This document shows, piece after piece, positions 1 through 8,876 of a stretch of DNA of 64,000 bases (its first letter is position 1; every line of letters starts with the position of its first letter). A program made the translations under genes and the position numbers. Origin of the DNA: Shigella phage KPS64; sequence record MK562502; one strand, given 5' to 3'. Below the pieces are notes generated by a model. It was given only the letters and a program-made list of their open reading frames with translations. It searched no databases and was not told where the DNA came from.

Positions 1-717
1 TACGTAGTTTACTCAGGTACTGATGCTCACACTCTGAACAGTATCTACTTCAGCCTTAATGATGAGCAAGATATCTTGACTTGTCGTGCTACTCAGGATG
101 AGAATCTTCTTCATGAGATTAGCAAGGGACGTAAGAAAGCTAAGAATGGTATCTATGCCCTGTTGTTCGGTGCAGGGGATGAGAAGTTTGCCAAGACAAT
201 TAAAGCAGCAACTACTCAGGAAGGTGCATTGACTAAGCAGACTTACTTTGTGCGTTTGCCGAAGATTAAGAAACTGTTAGACAACTTGGAAGCTGATTTC
301 AAAGCAACTAAGAAAGCACTTGAAGAGGTGTTTGGTAAAACTGCTGCAATCTCTAAAGGTGGTTTTGTGAAGGTTGCTGGGGCTTGGCTGTGGTGTAAGT
401 CTCCACACAAACTCTTGAACTATTTGCTGATGGGTTCAGAAGCACAAGTTCAGAATGAAGCAATCAACCTTGCATGTCGTAGAGCCTATGATGAAGGGTT
501 GATGAAGCTGAATGGACGTAAGCCAGCTATTGGAGCTAGACTTCTTCTGGCATACCACGATGAAAATAGTTGGGAATGTCCAGAAAGTATGACTCAAGAG
601 GTTAAAGCTATCACTGACTGGATGTACGGGCAGGCTTCTAAAAACCTTGGTCTAAGAAAAGAAACTATGGTTACAGGTACTGGTAAGGTTGGTAAGAGCT
701 GGTTGGAAGTGCATTGA
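1..717 (+). CDS. DNA polymerase, family A (T7-like), C-terminal fragment; 5' end lies outside the window
   Basis: Frame-1 reading frame is open from base 1 to the stop at 717; motifs LLFGAGDEKFAK, SPHKLLNYLLMGSEA and C-terminal GKVGKSWLEVH resemble the C-terminal region of T7 gp5-type polymerases (from memory, not searched). Confidence 0.55.
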   Translation, partial: YVVYSGTDAHTLNSIYFSLNDEQDILTCRATQDENLLHEISKGRKKAKNGIYALLFGAGDEKFAKTIKAATTQEGALTKQTYFVRLPKIKKLLDNLEADFKATKKALEEVFGKTAAISKGGFVKVAGAWLWCKSPHKLLNYLLMGSEAQVQNEAINLACRRAYDEGLMKLNGRKPAIGARLLLAYHDENSWECPESMTQEVKAITDWMYGQASKNLGLRKETMVTGTGKVGKSWLEVH

Positions 718-727
718 TGGTGTTGAA

Positions 728-1240
728 ATGATTACAGAAATTCGTTTAAAGGAGCTTTTAGAGTACGACCCCGATACAGGGGTCTTTACTTGGAAATTTA
801 GAGAAGGTAATGCAAACTTTAACTCTAGATTTGGAGGTAAGAGGGCTGGAAACTATAGAACAAACACTGATGGTCACAAGTCTGTCCAATTGCTGATTGA
901 TGGAAGGAGTTACCAAGCAAATCGTTTAGTTATCTTGTATATGGATGGATACCTACCTGATAAAACCTTACAGGTTGACCACAAGAATTGTGATGGTTGG
1001 GATAATAGATATTTGAATTTGAGGGTTTGTACGGCTTCACAAAACTCTTGCAATCGGTCTAGAAAGTCCATATCAGGTTTACCAAAAGGTGTACAGAAGA
1101 TAGGGAAAAGGTTTAGGGCAGTGATTCGTTTACAAGGTAATAATTACCATCTTGGGATGTATGACACACCTGAAGAAGCCCACGAAGCTTACTGTGAAGC
1201 TGCTATAAAACTCCACGGAGATTTTGCAAAACTTAGTTGA
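728..1240 (+). CDS. HNH homing endonuclease with C-terminal AP2-like DNA-binding domain
   Basis: HNH signature QVDHKNCDGWDNRYLNLRVCTASQN plus AP2-like tail GVQKIGKRFRAVIRLQGNNYHLGMYDTPEEAHEAY; start moved to internal ATG at 728. Confidence 0.6.
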   Translation: MITEIRLKELLEYDPDTGVFTWKFREGNANFNSRFGGKRAGNYRTNTDGHKSVQLLIDGRSYQANRLVILYMDGYLPDKTLQVDHKNCDGWDNRYLNLRVCTASQNSCNRSRKSISGLPKGVQKIGKRFRAVIRLQGNNYHLGMYDTPEEAHEAYCEAAIKLHGDFAKLS

Positions 1241-1292
1241 CAAGGTGCTCATGGAAGAGTACCTTATACTATATATTGTATAGGAGACTTGT

Positions 1293-1493
1293 ATGACTAT
1301 TTCAGAAATTGAAGTTCAACTGCAATGTGCTGGATATTCTCAAAGTGAGATTGAGGCTATGTGCATCATCATTTGCAGTAGCCATAAGCACCTCAAGCTT
1401 TCTAATGAAAATCTTCGCAAGGTTGATATTTTTATTGCTGGAGGTAAGATTATCAAGGATAAGACAGGCTACCTTAAAGGTGAACATCTATGA
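1293..1493 (+). CDS. hypothetical small protein (66 aa)
   Basis: ORF in a tightly packed plus-strand gene series; no recognisable motif. Confidence 0.3.
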   Translation: MTISEIEVQLQCAGYSQSEIEAMCIIICSSHKHLKLSNENLRKVDIFIAGGKIIKDKTGYLKGEHL

Positions 1494-1699
1494 GTCACCG
1501 TGGAAGAACTCATCTCGCCATGATGCAAGGTGCTTCAAAAGAGACTATCAAGAATCGGAAGAAAACTCTTTTTGACAGAATGAATAGACTCATTGATAAT
1601 GCAAGCCTACCTAACTCTGAAAAGGTTTTCTTGAAAGGAAATATAAAGAGTATTGCACAGGAACTTATTGACATTGAATTTTGGAGACACCAAAAATGA
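1490..1699 (+). CDS. hypothetical small protein (69 aa)
   Basis: ORF with start overlapping the upstream stop; no recognisable motif. Confidence 0.3.
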   Translation: MSHRGRTHLAMMQGASKETIKNRKKTLFDRMNRLIDNASLPNSEKVFLKGNIKSIAQELIDIEFWRHQK

Positions 1700-1887
1700 C
1701 ATACGAAGAAGCTCTTGAAGCTATGAAACAGGGCAAGAAAGTTCGAAATGAAAATTTCACATCTGATGAGTTCTTTGAAATGAAAGATGGAAAGGTTGTA
1801 TGTGAAATGGGTTACCCAATGGCTGCATGGTACAAGGGGGAACCTTGGCAGAAAACTGGATGGAGTATCTTTAATGAAACTCTATAG
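1696..1887 (+). CDS. small phage protein, DUF2829-like (MTYEEALEAMKQGKKVR motif)
   Basis: ATG at 1696 preceded by GGAGA; N-terminal motif typical of a widespread small phage protein family (recalled, not searched). Confidence 0.45.
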   Translation: MTYEEALEAMKQGKKVRNENFTSDEFFEMKDGKVVCEMGYPMAAWYKGEPWQKTGWSIFNETL

Positions 1888-2017
1888 CATTTGGGGAAGA
1901 GTTGGTGAAGGTTATGACTGGACTCTTCTTAAAACAAATGTTAAAAGTAACGAGATAGCTTACTACAAAGTCTATTACCATAAAACTTTTAGAGAGGTAG
2001 AGTATCGTGAGCAATAA
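1874..2017 (+). CDS. hypothetical small protein (47 aa)
   Basis: Internal ATG of track ORF 1787..2017, just upstream of the preceding stop; weak. Confidence 0.2.
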   Translation: MKLYSIWGRVGEGYDWTLLKTNVKSNEIAYYKVYYHKTFREVEYREQ

Positions 2018-2258
2018 AGAGCAAGAATCTTTATCAATTTTCAAGAATGAAGACAAATCAATAGCTTTTGTCTCAGAGGCTTGGTGCAGAGATTTGGGAT
2101 ATGATTGGTATCTTTTCTTATGCGCTAAGAAAGATGTTAAACCAGTTGATGAAACCCGATTCAAAGAACTGTATAATATCTGCCAAGAGGGTTATGAAGA
2201 ACATTACGAAGGTTCTTTGAATCCTGTAAATTCAAAAGCTTCAGACTTATTTTATTGA
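2007..2258 (+). CDS. hypothetical protein (83 aa)
   Basis: ORF, no motif. Confidence 0.35.
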   Translation: MSNKEQESLSIFKNEDKSIAFVSEAWCRDLGYDWYLFLCAKKDVKPVDETRFKELYNICQEGYEEHYEGSLNPVNSKASDLFY

Positions 2259-2268
2259 GAGGTTTAAA

Positions 2269-2514
2269 ATGTTAAAATTATTGATACCAGCTTTAGTAGT
2301 CTTACTGGTGGGGTGCAACCCTTCTTATGAGAATAAGGATGCCTCTTACAGACTTCCTCCAGAAATGCAAGACTGCAAGATTTATAAGCTTAATGGTGAT
2401 GCCATTAGCAGGGATGTTATTGTAGTTCGCTGCCCAAATTCTCAGACTACAACTTCTTACAAGTATGGGAAGAATAGTCAGTCACACACCACAGTTTTTG
2501 ATGGAGGATATTGA
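2269..2514 (+). CDS. putative lipoprotein (81 aa)
   Basis: N-terminal hydrophobic stretch ending in lipobox-like LLVGC. Confidence 0.4.
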   Translation: MLKLLIPALVVLLVGCNPSYENKDASYRLPPEMQDCKIYKLNGDAISRDVIVVRCPNSQTTTSYKYGKNSQSHTTVFDGGY

Positions 2515-2515
2515 T

Positions 2516-2722
2516 ATGCAGGTTCTGGTAAATTTTATCTATAAGTATGACGTTGTTCACTCAACTACAACTGTAGCACAACGTAACCCAATAGTGCCAC
2601 GAGAAGGTGAATGGGTAAGGATTGATGGTTGGACTTACACTGTAGAGAATATCATTCATAAGTTTGATGTTTGTGGAGACACACAAGTTATTGATGTAGA
2701 AATTGGTGGGAAACGTAAATGA
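2516..2722 (+). CDS. hypothetical small protein (68 aa)
   Basis: ATG at 2516 preceded by GGAGGA; track ORF 2465..2722 trimmed to remove overlap. Confidence 0.35.
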   Translation: MQVLVNFIYKYDVVHSTTTVAQRNPIVPREGEWVRIDGWTYTVENIIHKFDVCGDTQVIDVEIGGKRK

Positions 2723-3819
2723 CAATTCTGTACAAACAAAATAAAGATGGTTCTTTCAACGTCTGGTCATGTGTTGCTGTAGGTGATAAAGTCGTCACAA
2801 CTTATGGTAAAGAAAATGGCAAGATGATGTTTGAAGAGTACACAGCAGAACCTAAGAACATCGGTAAAAAGAATGAGCGTAATGCTGAACAGCAAGCTCT
2901 CTTTGAAGTTGCTGCTAAGTACAAGAGGCAGGTTGACCGTAAAGGATATGCTTACACAAAATCTGAAGCAGAGAATGTTGAGAAGGTTGGTGTACAGCTT
3001 GCTCAGGATGCTTCCAAGATAAGTCACAAGAAGTATCTGGTATTCCCTGCCGATGCTCAACCTAAACTTGATGGTGTTCGTTGCAGGATTTCAAGAGATG
3101 TTGACTCAGAAAGTTTTACGGCATATTCTCGTGAGAACACGGTATACAACATTCCTGTAGAGTTGATTCCTGATGTTCTTCTTATGCTGAAACTGCACAA
3201 AGATGTTGAGGATTTCGACGGGGAGATTTATGCTCATGGTTGGGACTTGGAAGATATTGTATCTATGATTAAGAATGCTGACAATCCAGACCGTCACCTT
3301 CTTAAATTCTACTGGTATGATATCTGTGACAAGACTAAATCTTGGCCTGAGCGTCGTGAAGTTATTGATAATTCACCAATCGTTGAACTCGGTGATGCTT
3401 GCAGGGTTGTACCTGTTCAGACAATCCGTGTTAACTCTTGGGAAGAATTTGATAATGCTCATGACAACTGGGTTAAACTCAAGTTTGAAGGGGCAATGTA
3501 TCGGTCAATCTCACCAGATTCGTTCTATGAGTGTGGTCATCGCTCTTACTTCCTGATTAAGCACAAGAAGATGCACACACAGGAATTTAAAGTAACTGGT
3601 GTAAAGACTGATAAACGTGGTCATGGTAAGTTCGTTGTAGAGACTCTTCCTAACGTCTTTGTAGATGTTTCATGGAAAACTACACACGAGAAGAAAAAGT
3701 ATCTTGCTGAACATCCTGAAGAGTTTATCGGGAAGCCTTTAACGGTTCAGTTCCAGAAGATGACTCGTAAGGGGTCTTTACAGTTCCCTGTTGGGCTTGT
3801 TATACGAGATTATGAATAG
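2719..3819 (+). CDS. ATP-dependent DNA ligase
   Basis: Adenylation motif around PKLDGVRC (KxDG active-site lysine) and typical 366-aa length. Confidence 0.7.
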   Translation: MTILYKQNKDGSFNVWSCVAVGDKVVTTYGKENGKMMFEEYTAEPKNIGKKNERNAEQQALFEVAAKYKRQVDRKGYAYTKSEAENVEKVGVQLAQDASKISHKKYLVFPADAQPKLDGVRCRISRDVDSESFTAYSRENTVYNIPVELIPDVLLMLKLHKDVEDFDGEIYAHGWDLEDIVSMIKNADNPDRHLLKFYWYDICDKTKSWPERREVIDNSPIVELGDACRVVPVQTIRVNSWEEFDNAHDNWVKLKFEGAMYRSISPDSFYECGHRSYFLIKHKKMHTQEFKVTGVKTDKRGHGKFVVETLPNVFVDVSWKTTHEKKKYLAEHPEEFIGKPLTVQFQKMTRKGSLQFPVGLVIRDYE

Positions 3820-3982
3820 AGGTTAGCATGTTTAGCGCAATTATCCTGTTTGTTTTTGTTGTTTTATCATTATCTTACTTCATAAGTAAACTGTTAAGCA
3901 TAACATACAAATCAGCCTTAGCCCTTACTCTGTTATCATTTGTAGTAAATGCAGTAGTCAGAGAATTTTTAATATAAAGTTG

Positions 3983-4010
3983 TTGACATAGAAAATTTGG
4001 TGAGTATACT
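3983..4010 (+). promoter_or_regulatory. sigma70-like promoter (TTGACA, 16-nt spacer, TATACT)
   Basis: Near-consensus -35 and -10 hexamers read directly at 3983-3988 and 4005-4010. Confidence 0.5.
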
Positions 4011-4040
4011 GAGCAGCATAAACCAACGGGTACTCACCAG

Positions 4041-4079
4041 CATCACTTAAGAGTCTTTTAAGAGGGTTTTTAAGTGATG
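4041..4079. repeat. 39-bp palindromic element CATCACTTAAGAGTCTTTTAAGAGGGTTTTTAAGTGATG (copy 1)
   Basis: 10-bp perfect inverted repeat arms; second copy at 5600-5640. Confidence 0.6.
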
Positions 4080-4082
4080 CTC

Positions 4083-4154
4083 GGTAAGGTTCGGTTGGGT
4101 GTGGTATGGTCTGGTATGGCTGGGTTGGGTCTGGTCCGGTTTGGTGAGGGTAGT
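4083..4154 (+). repeat. pentameric (GGTNN)n tract 1, about 14 units
   Basis: Splitting into 5-mers gives ggtaa ggttc ggttg ggtgt ggtat ggtct ggtat ggctg ggttg ggtct ggtcc ggttt ggtga gggta. Confidence 0.7.
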
Positions 4155-4156
4155 TA

Positions 4157-4182
4157 GTCTCAGCTACATTAAAATGAGACTC
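4157..4182 (+). other. hairpin with conserved loop GCTACATTAAAA (family member 1)
   Basis: Stem agtctca/tgagact; loop shared with hairpins at 4292, 5572, 5705. Confidence 0.5.
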
Positions 4183-4229
4183 ACCTTTTTAAAAGGTCTT
4201 TAAAAGGGTCTTTTAATGAGGTTTCGCTA

Positions 4230-4299
4230 GGTAGGGTAGTGTCCGGTTGGGTCTGGTAAGGTCAGGTTAGGTAAAGTGAGGTAAGGGTGGATGGTAGTA
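4230..4299 (+). repeat. pentameric (GGTNN)n tract 2
   Basis: ggtag ggtag tgtcc ggttg ggtct ggtaa ggtca ggtta ggtaa agtga ggtaa gggtg. Confidence 0.65.
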
Positions 4300-4319
4300 G
4301 CCACGTTAAAAATCTACCA
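4292..4319 (+). other. hairpin with conserved loop TAGCCACGTTAAAAAT (family member 2)
   Basis: Stem tggtag/ctacca; covaries with tggcag/ctgcca in copy at 5705. Confidence 0.5.
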
Positions 4320-4376
4320 AGTTTCTAAAGAGTCTTCTGTTGAGGGTTCTTTATAAACAACTTAACAATAAACTAA

Positions 4377-4982
<606 letters not shown>

Positions 4983-4984
4983 TT

Positions 4985-5425
4985 ATGAATACAAAAGCAT
5001 TAGCAGCAAAGTTTAGTTACGGTGATACTGTATCACACTCTGAGATGGACACCTTCTTAGGTATTGTGAAGCCGACTTATCAAGGTGACATTGTTAAGTA
5101 CGAAGATGAAATGAAGGCTTACGCACTTACACGCCTAAATCGACTTGAGAAGTTTATTGAGAAGCTTCTTAAAGAAGAGAAGATTTATCTGGTTACTTCA
5201 ATGGGTGTTGGTTATCGTGTGGTGGAACCTAAACATCAAGCAACTATTGCAAAACGTAAAATGTCTAGTAAGATTGGTCGTGCTTTAAAACAAGCCACTC
5301 AAGCGATTGAGAATGTGAACACTATGGCACTTAGTCATCAAGAACGTTCACGACTGATTGAACAGCAAAACCATTTAGCTGCTATGAAAGCTAACATTAA
5401 CAAGCAACGTAGAAAACCTTTCTAA
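4985..5425 (+). CDS. hypothetical protein (146 aa)
   Basis: ORF followed by an intrinsic terminator. Confidence 0.45.
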   Translation: MNTKALAAKFSYGDTVSHSEMDTFLGIVKPTYQGDIVKYEDEMKAYALTRLNRLEKFIEKLLKEEKIYLVTSMGVGYRVVEPKHQATIAKRKMSSKIGRALKQATQAIENVNTMALSHQERSRLIEQQNHLAAMKANINKQRRKPF

Positions 5426-5434
5426 GTTGACTAG

Positions 5435-5460
5435 GCAGCCTCTTCGGAGGCTCCTTTTTA
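5435..5460 (+). terminator. rho-independent terminator
   Basis: agcctc-ttcg-gaggct hairpin followed by a T-run. Confidence 0.6.
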
Positions 5461-5499
5461 AAAGGTCTTCAAAGAGGGTCTTTTAATGAGGTCTGTCAT

Positions 5500-5570
5500 G
5501 GTGATGTTTGGTAGGGTTTGGCAAGGTTCAGTCAGGTAAAGTGTGGTCTAGTAAGGTAGGGTGTGGGTAG
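5500..5570 (+). repeat. pentameric (GGTNN)n tract 3
   Basis: ggtga tgttt ggtag ggttt ggcaa ggttc agtca ggtaa agtgt ggtct agtaa ggtag ggtgt gggta. Confidence 0.65.
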
Positions 5571-5571
5571 T

Positions 5572-5599
5572 TAATCGGAGCTACATAAAAATTCGATTA
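5572..5599 (+). other. hairpin with conserved loop GAGCTACATAAAAAT (family member 3)
   Basis: Stem taatcg/cgatta. Confidence 0.5.
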
Positions 5600-5640
5600 C
5601 ATCACTTAAGAGTCTTCTAAGAGGGTTTTTAAGTGATGTT
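5600..5640. repeat. 39-bp palindromic element (copy 2)
   Basis: ACATCACTTAAGAGTCTTCTAAGAGGGTTTTTAAGTGATGT, near-identical to 4041-4079. Confidence 0.6.
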
Positions 5641-5641
5641 T

Positions 5642-5709
5642 GGTGGTGGTTTGGTAATGTGAGGTAAGATGTGGTATAGTAAGGCGGGGTTTGGTATGGA
5701 AGGATGGCA
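5642..5709 (+). repeat. pentameric (GGTNN)n tract 4
   Basis: G/T-rich tract with GGT-type triplets at roughly 5-nt period. Confidence 0.55.
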
Positions 5710-5732
5710 GTAGCCTTATAAAAAATCTGCCA
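5705..5732 (+). other. hairpin with conserved loop TAGCCTTATAAAAAAT (family member 4)
   Basis: Stem tggcag/ctgcca. Confidence 0.5.
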
Positions 5733-5750
5733 AATAAGCTATAAAATCTG

Positions 5751-5785
5751 TTGACAAGTCAGGTGTTATAGCTTATTTTTATACT
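5751..5785 (+). promoter_or_regulatory. candidate sigma70-like promoter
   Basis: TTGACA at 5751-5756 with TATTTT (17-nt spacer) and TATACT further downstream; exact -10 unclear. Confidence 0.35.
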
Positions 5786-5819
5786 CAAATATATACAAAA
5801 TTTTATATAGGAGATAGTT

Positions 5820-6200
5820 ATGAAAAAGTTACTTGTTGGTGTCCTTGCTATTGGTATGAGTTTTAGTGCAGCAGCTATGAAGATGCCTGAAGCAAACTTT
5901 AATGGTGTCGCTTTAGAATCTTGTAAGATTGTACAGAAAATCGCTTCAAATGCTGGAGAGTTGACTAAACCGTTGTCTGCTCAGACTGTTCAAGAAATGA
6001 CTGATAAGATGGTTGACTACAACTACCATTTTATGGGAGATTACTATGACAGATTAGCAGATGAGATGGTTACTCAGAACGTTGACCTTCTTGATAGTAA
6101 AGGTATCGAAACTGTAGAAGATGTGAAAGATAATTTTATGCGTGAGTCTTTCAAAGGTGTTCAATACTTTATTGAAAATCGTCACTGCACGGGTTTATAA
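5820..6200 (+). CDS. putative secreted protein (126 aa)
   Basis: N-terminal signal-peptide-like MKKLLVGVLAIGMSFSAAA. Confidence 0.45.
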   Translation: MKKLLVGVLAIGMSFSAAAMKMPEANFNGVALESCKIVQKIASNAGELTKPLSAQTVQEMTDKMVDYNYHFMGDYYDRLADEMVTQNVDLLDSKGIETVEDVKDNFMRESFKGVQYFIENRHCTGL

Positions 6201-6202
6201 TC

Positions 6203-6406
6203 ATGAAGAAGAACATCTGTAGAACAGACTATGGTGAAGTAGTCAATGATGACGGAGTAGTTATTTACAGAGTTTGGGCAAGTGATTACTCAACCGTTGT
6301 AGAGTCTTTAGATAACTACATCAATGGGACTCGTGAAAACGTCAGAGCAACTAATCTTGATTCGTTAATAGACACTTCTCGAAAACGGAGAAAGAAAGAT
6401 GAATGA
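6203..6406 (+). CDS. hypothetical small protein (67 aa)
   Basis: ORF, no motif. Confidence 0.35.
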   Translation: MKKNICRTDYGEVVNDDGVVIYRVWASDYSTVVESLDNYINGTRENVRATNLDSLIDTSRKRRKKDE

Positions 6407-6698
6407 AGTCTTTGACCCTTATGCACCTCAAGATTCTTGGGAGGCTGATAGAGAGGCTGAAATGGAGAGTTATATCTGTCCAATGGATATAGAAGAGATG
6501 AAAGATTTTGTATCTTTCAGATTCTCTAAAGAGATTGAGAAGCTAAAACTTTCTCAGGCTCAAGTAGCAACTGTTTGTGAAATCTCACAGAGTCGTGTGT
6601 CAAATATCATTAACGACCCTCAAAAGATTTCTTTAGAGTACATGCTTAATGCTTGTACAAAACTTGGTGTAAATTTTAACTTAAGGCTGGCAGATTAA
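6399..6698 (+). CDS. putative helix-turn-helix DNA-binding protein (99 aa)
   Basis: LSQAQVATVCEISQSRVSNIIN resembles an HTH motif. Confidence 0.4.
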   Translation: MNEVFDPYAPQDSWEADREAEMESYICPMDIEEMKDFVSFRFSKEIEKLKLSQAQVATVCEISQSRVSNIINDPQKISLEYMLNACTKLGVNFNLRLAD

Positions 6699-6699
6699 T

Positions 6700-7059
6700 A
6701 TGAAACGTGAAAATGCAATCTTTAACGATAACTTTGCAATTGGCTTCTATGGTAAACCAACTCCAGCAGAGAAACTTTATGGTAATGCAATTCTGGAGAC
6801 CTTGAAAGAGGTTTACACAACTGGTGGTATGAAGCATACTGAAGCAAACCGTGTAAGAGGTTATATGGCAATTGGCTCTGCAATCTCTAACATCAAACTT
6901 GAAACTACAAGTGCTAAAAAGGTACGAGACCACTTCATCAAAGAGTTGTCAGAGAACCTAGATGGTGTTGATGTTAAGGCTGTCTGGTTAGATGTTGATG
7001 GTCACAACTACACAACTTTTGTGTTTAAAAATGAGGATATCAAATGTCTCTTCCCTTAA
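6700..7059 (+). CDS. hypothetical protein (119 aa)
   Basis: ORF, no motif. Confidence 0.4.
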   Translation: MKRENAIFNDNFAIGFYGKPTPAEKLYGNAILETLKEVYTTGGMKHTEANRVRGYMAIGSAISNIKLETTSAKKVRDHFIKELSENLDGVDVKAVWLDVDGHNYTTFVFKNEDIKCLFP

Positions 7060-7547
7060 AACTCGATTTATACTTTGGGTACAGTGTATTGCAAGGCAGC
7101 ATACTGTCACTACCAAAGTCAGATTATCGTTGTGATTTAGGTTCTGTGAAACGTGCATCACACTTTAACAACAACATCTTAGGCTTGCAGACACTTCACA
7201 GGTGGCTTGAGGAAGATGGACGGTTGAATGAATATCTTCACCAACTAGAACTAGCCAAAGAAGAAGGGCATATGGGTTGGAATTTACTACCCCATCTGTA
7301 CAAACCTGCAAGTCCTATGGAGATACGCTATAACGAACAAGCAATTGATAGCTATAACAAATATAATATAACTATTGGCTCAAGACCTTGGAAGGAGTAT
7401 GGAAAGCTCCGTGAAATCATTATACAGACCATTGGAAAGCGTGTAGCAAAAGGTATTGCTTATGATGAAAAGGTTGACTGGAATACACAAAAGTGTATAA
7501 AATTCTTCAAGTACGATAATGACAAAGATACTTTTGTAGAGGTTTAA
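7044..7547 (+). CDS. hypothetical protein (167 aa)
   Basis: ORF, no motif. Confidence 0.4.
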   Translation: MSLPLKLDLYFGYSVLQGSILSLPKSDYRCDLGSVKRASHFNNNILGLQTLHRWLEEDGRLNEYLHQLELAKEEGHMGWNLLPHLYKPASPMEIRYNEQAIDSYNKYNITIGSRPWKEYGKLREIIIQTIGKRVAKGIAYDEKVDWNTQKCIKFFKYDNDKDTFVEV

Positions 7548-7548
7548 C

Positions 7549-8064
7549 ATGAAAATTGGAATTACCCTTTGCCAGCCTGAAGCAGAGTTCTTGAAATCAA
7601 TGTTGTCTGAGCATATGAAGTCCACAAATCATACTGAGAAGACATTCTTGATTGACACTAACTATGATGCAGGAACTATTGAGTTCATTGATGAAGACAC
7701 TGCTGACTCTCTGTGTGTTCTTCCTGCTCACTTATTTACTCCAGAGCTACGGGATAGTCGTTCTATTGAAGTTAATCTGGAGCCAAGTATCGAACTGTAC
7801 TCAGATACACAGTATCCAAGAAGCTTTAAAGCATTGCTAAACATCTTTATAGCTGATATTGTAGAGATTGTTAAGCAGACTGAAGGTGGTCATGTAGTAA
7901 CTGCTGAGTGTGAACAAGGCACTATCAAACTGACAGGTGACTTTGGTTCTATGAGTTTCTTAGACTTTGTTCCAAAACACTTTGAAGATTTCCTGTCAAG
8001 TGAAGTTGATGACCTTGATTTCATACTAAAATTTGAACGCACTTTTAAGGTAAACAAAAAATGA
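7549..8064 (+). CDS. hypothetical protein (171 aa)
   Basis: ORF, no motif. Confidence 0.4.
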   Translation: MKIGITLCQPEAEFLKSMLSEHMKSTNHTEKTFLIDTNYDAGTIEFIDEDTADSLCVLPAHLFTPELRDSRSIEVNLEPSIELYSDTQYPRSFKALLNIFIADIVEIVKQTEGGHVVTAECEQGTIKLTGDFGSMSFLDFVPKHFEDFLSSEVDDLDFILKFERTFKVNKK

Positions 8065-8333
8065 AAATCTTAAGCGGAGTATCACAGTGTTACATGAATA
8101 ATGGTGAGCCAGTTAAATGCTGCCATTGTGGAGGTGAGAACTTCCAAGGTGAAGTTTCAGAGATTGTCTCTGGCAATATCGCTGAAGAGTACACCCGTTG
8201 CTGTGGATGTGGAAAGATTTTATCTTTTTGGGCTTATGGAAGTTATGAACCACAACCTCACCTTATTTACCATCCAAACAGGATTGTGAAGCGTGTTCTG
8301 AACTGGTTCATTATCAAAGGATTTACAAAATGA
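8061..8333 (+). CDS. Cys-rich putative zinc-binding small protein (90 aa)
   Basis: CCHCGG ... CCGCGK cysteine clusters. Confidence 0.35.
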   Translation: MKILSGVSQCYMNNGEPVKCCHCGGENFQGEVSEIVSGNIAEEYTRCCGCGKILSFWAYGSYEPQPHLIYHPNRIVKRVLNWFIIKGFTK

Positions 8334-8875
8334 TTAAGTTAATTTTTGCAAGTGGTATTAACGGGGAGTTTGGCACAGCTACTGGAATGCCTTGGCCTCG
8401 TAATAAACAAGATATGGCAGAGTTTAAGAAGCAGACTGTTAACCAGTTAGTCTTGATGGGTAGCGAAACTTGGAAGACTCTTGGGAGCAAGCCTTTGCCA
8501 AACCGTGAGAACCTTGTCTTGACAAACTCTCTTGACTTTTATGGTCTGGATTTTAAAGATGACTCTTATTGTAAAGCAAGAGTTAAGCCTGAAGCTTTTG
8601 GGGCTTTCCTGAAGTATATTGATAGCTCTATTGATGAAGATGTTTTAGTAATCGGTGGAGCCAATATCTTAATCTCAGCTTTGCCGTATGCTGACGTAGT
8701 TTTCCACAGTGTTATTAAGGAAGTTACTGAAGAGGCTACTGTCAAGCTACCTTATGAGGGTTTCTTCCAGTACTTGTATGACACAGAATTATTTGCTAAA
8801 GTACAGTCCAAACCCTCAGAAGATAAGTCTGTGGTTTTTGATACCTATGTTCCACAAGTAAGAGGACGTTTCTAA
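8330..8875 (+). CDS. folA: dihydrofolate reductase
   Basis: N-terminal IFA...GMPW and LVLMGSETW motifs; sits immediately upstream of thymidylate synthase. Confidence 0.7.
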   Translation: MIKLIFASGINGEFGTATGMPWPRNKQDMAEFKKQTVNQLVLMGSETWKTLGSKPLPNRENLVLTNSLDFYGLDFKDDSYCKARVKPEAFGAFLKYIDSSIDEDVLVIGGANILISALPYADVVFHSVIKEVTEEATVKLPYEGFFQYLYDTELFAKVQSKPSEDKSVVFDTYVPQVRGRF

Positions 8876-8876
8876 T

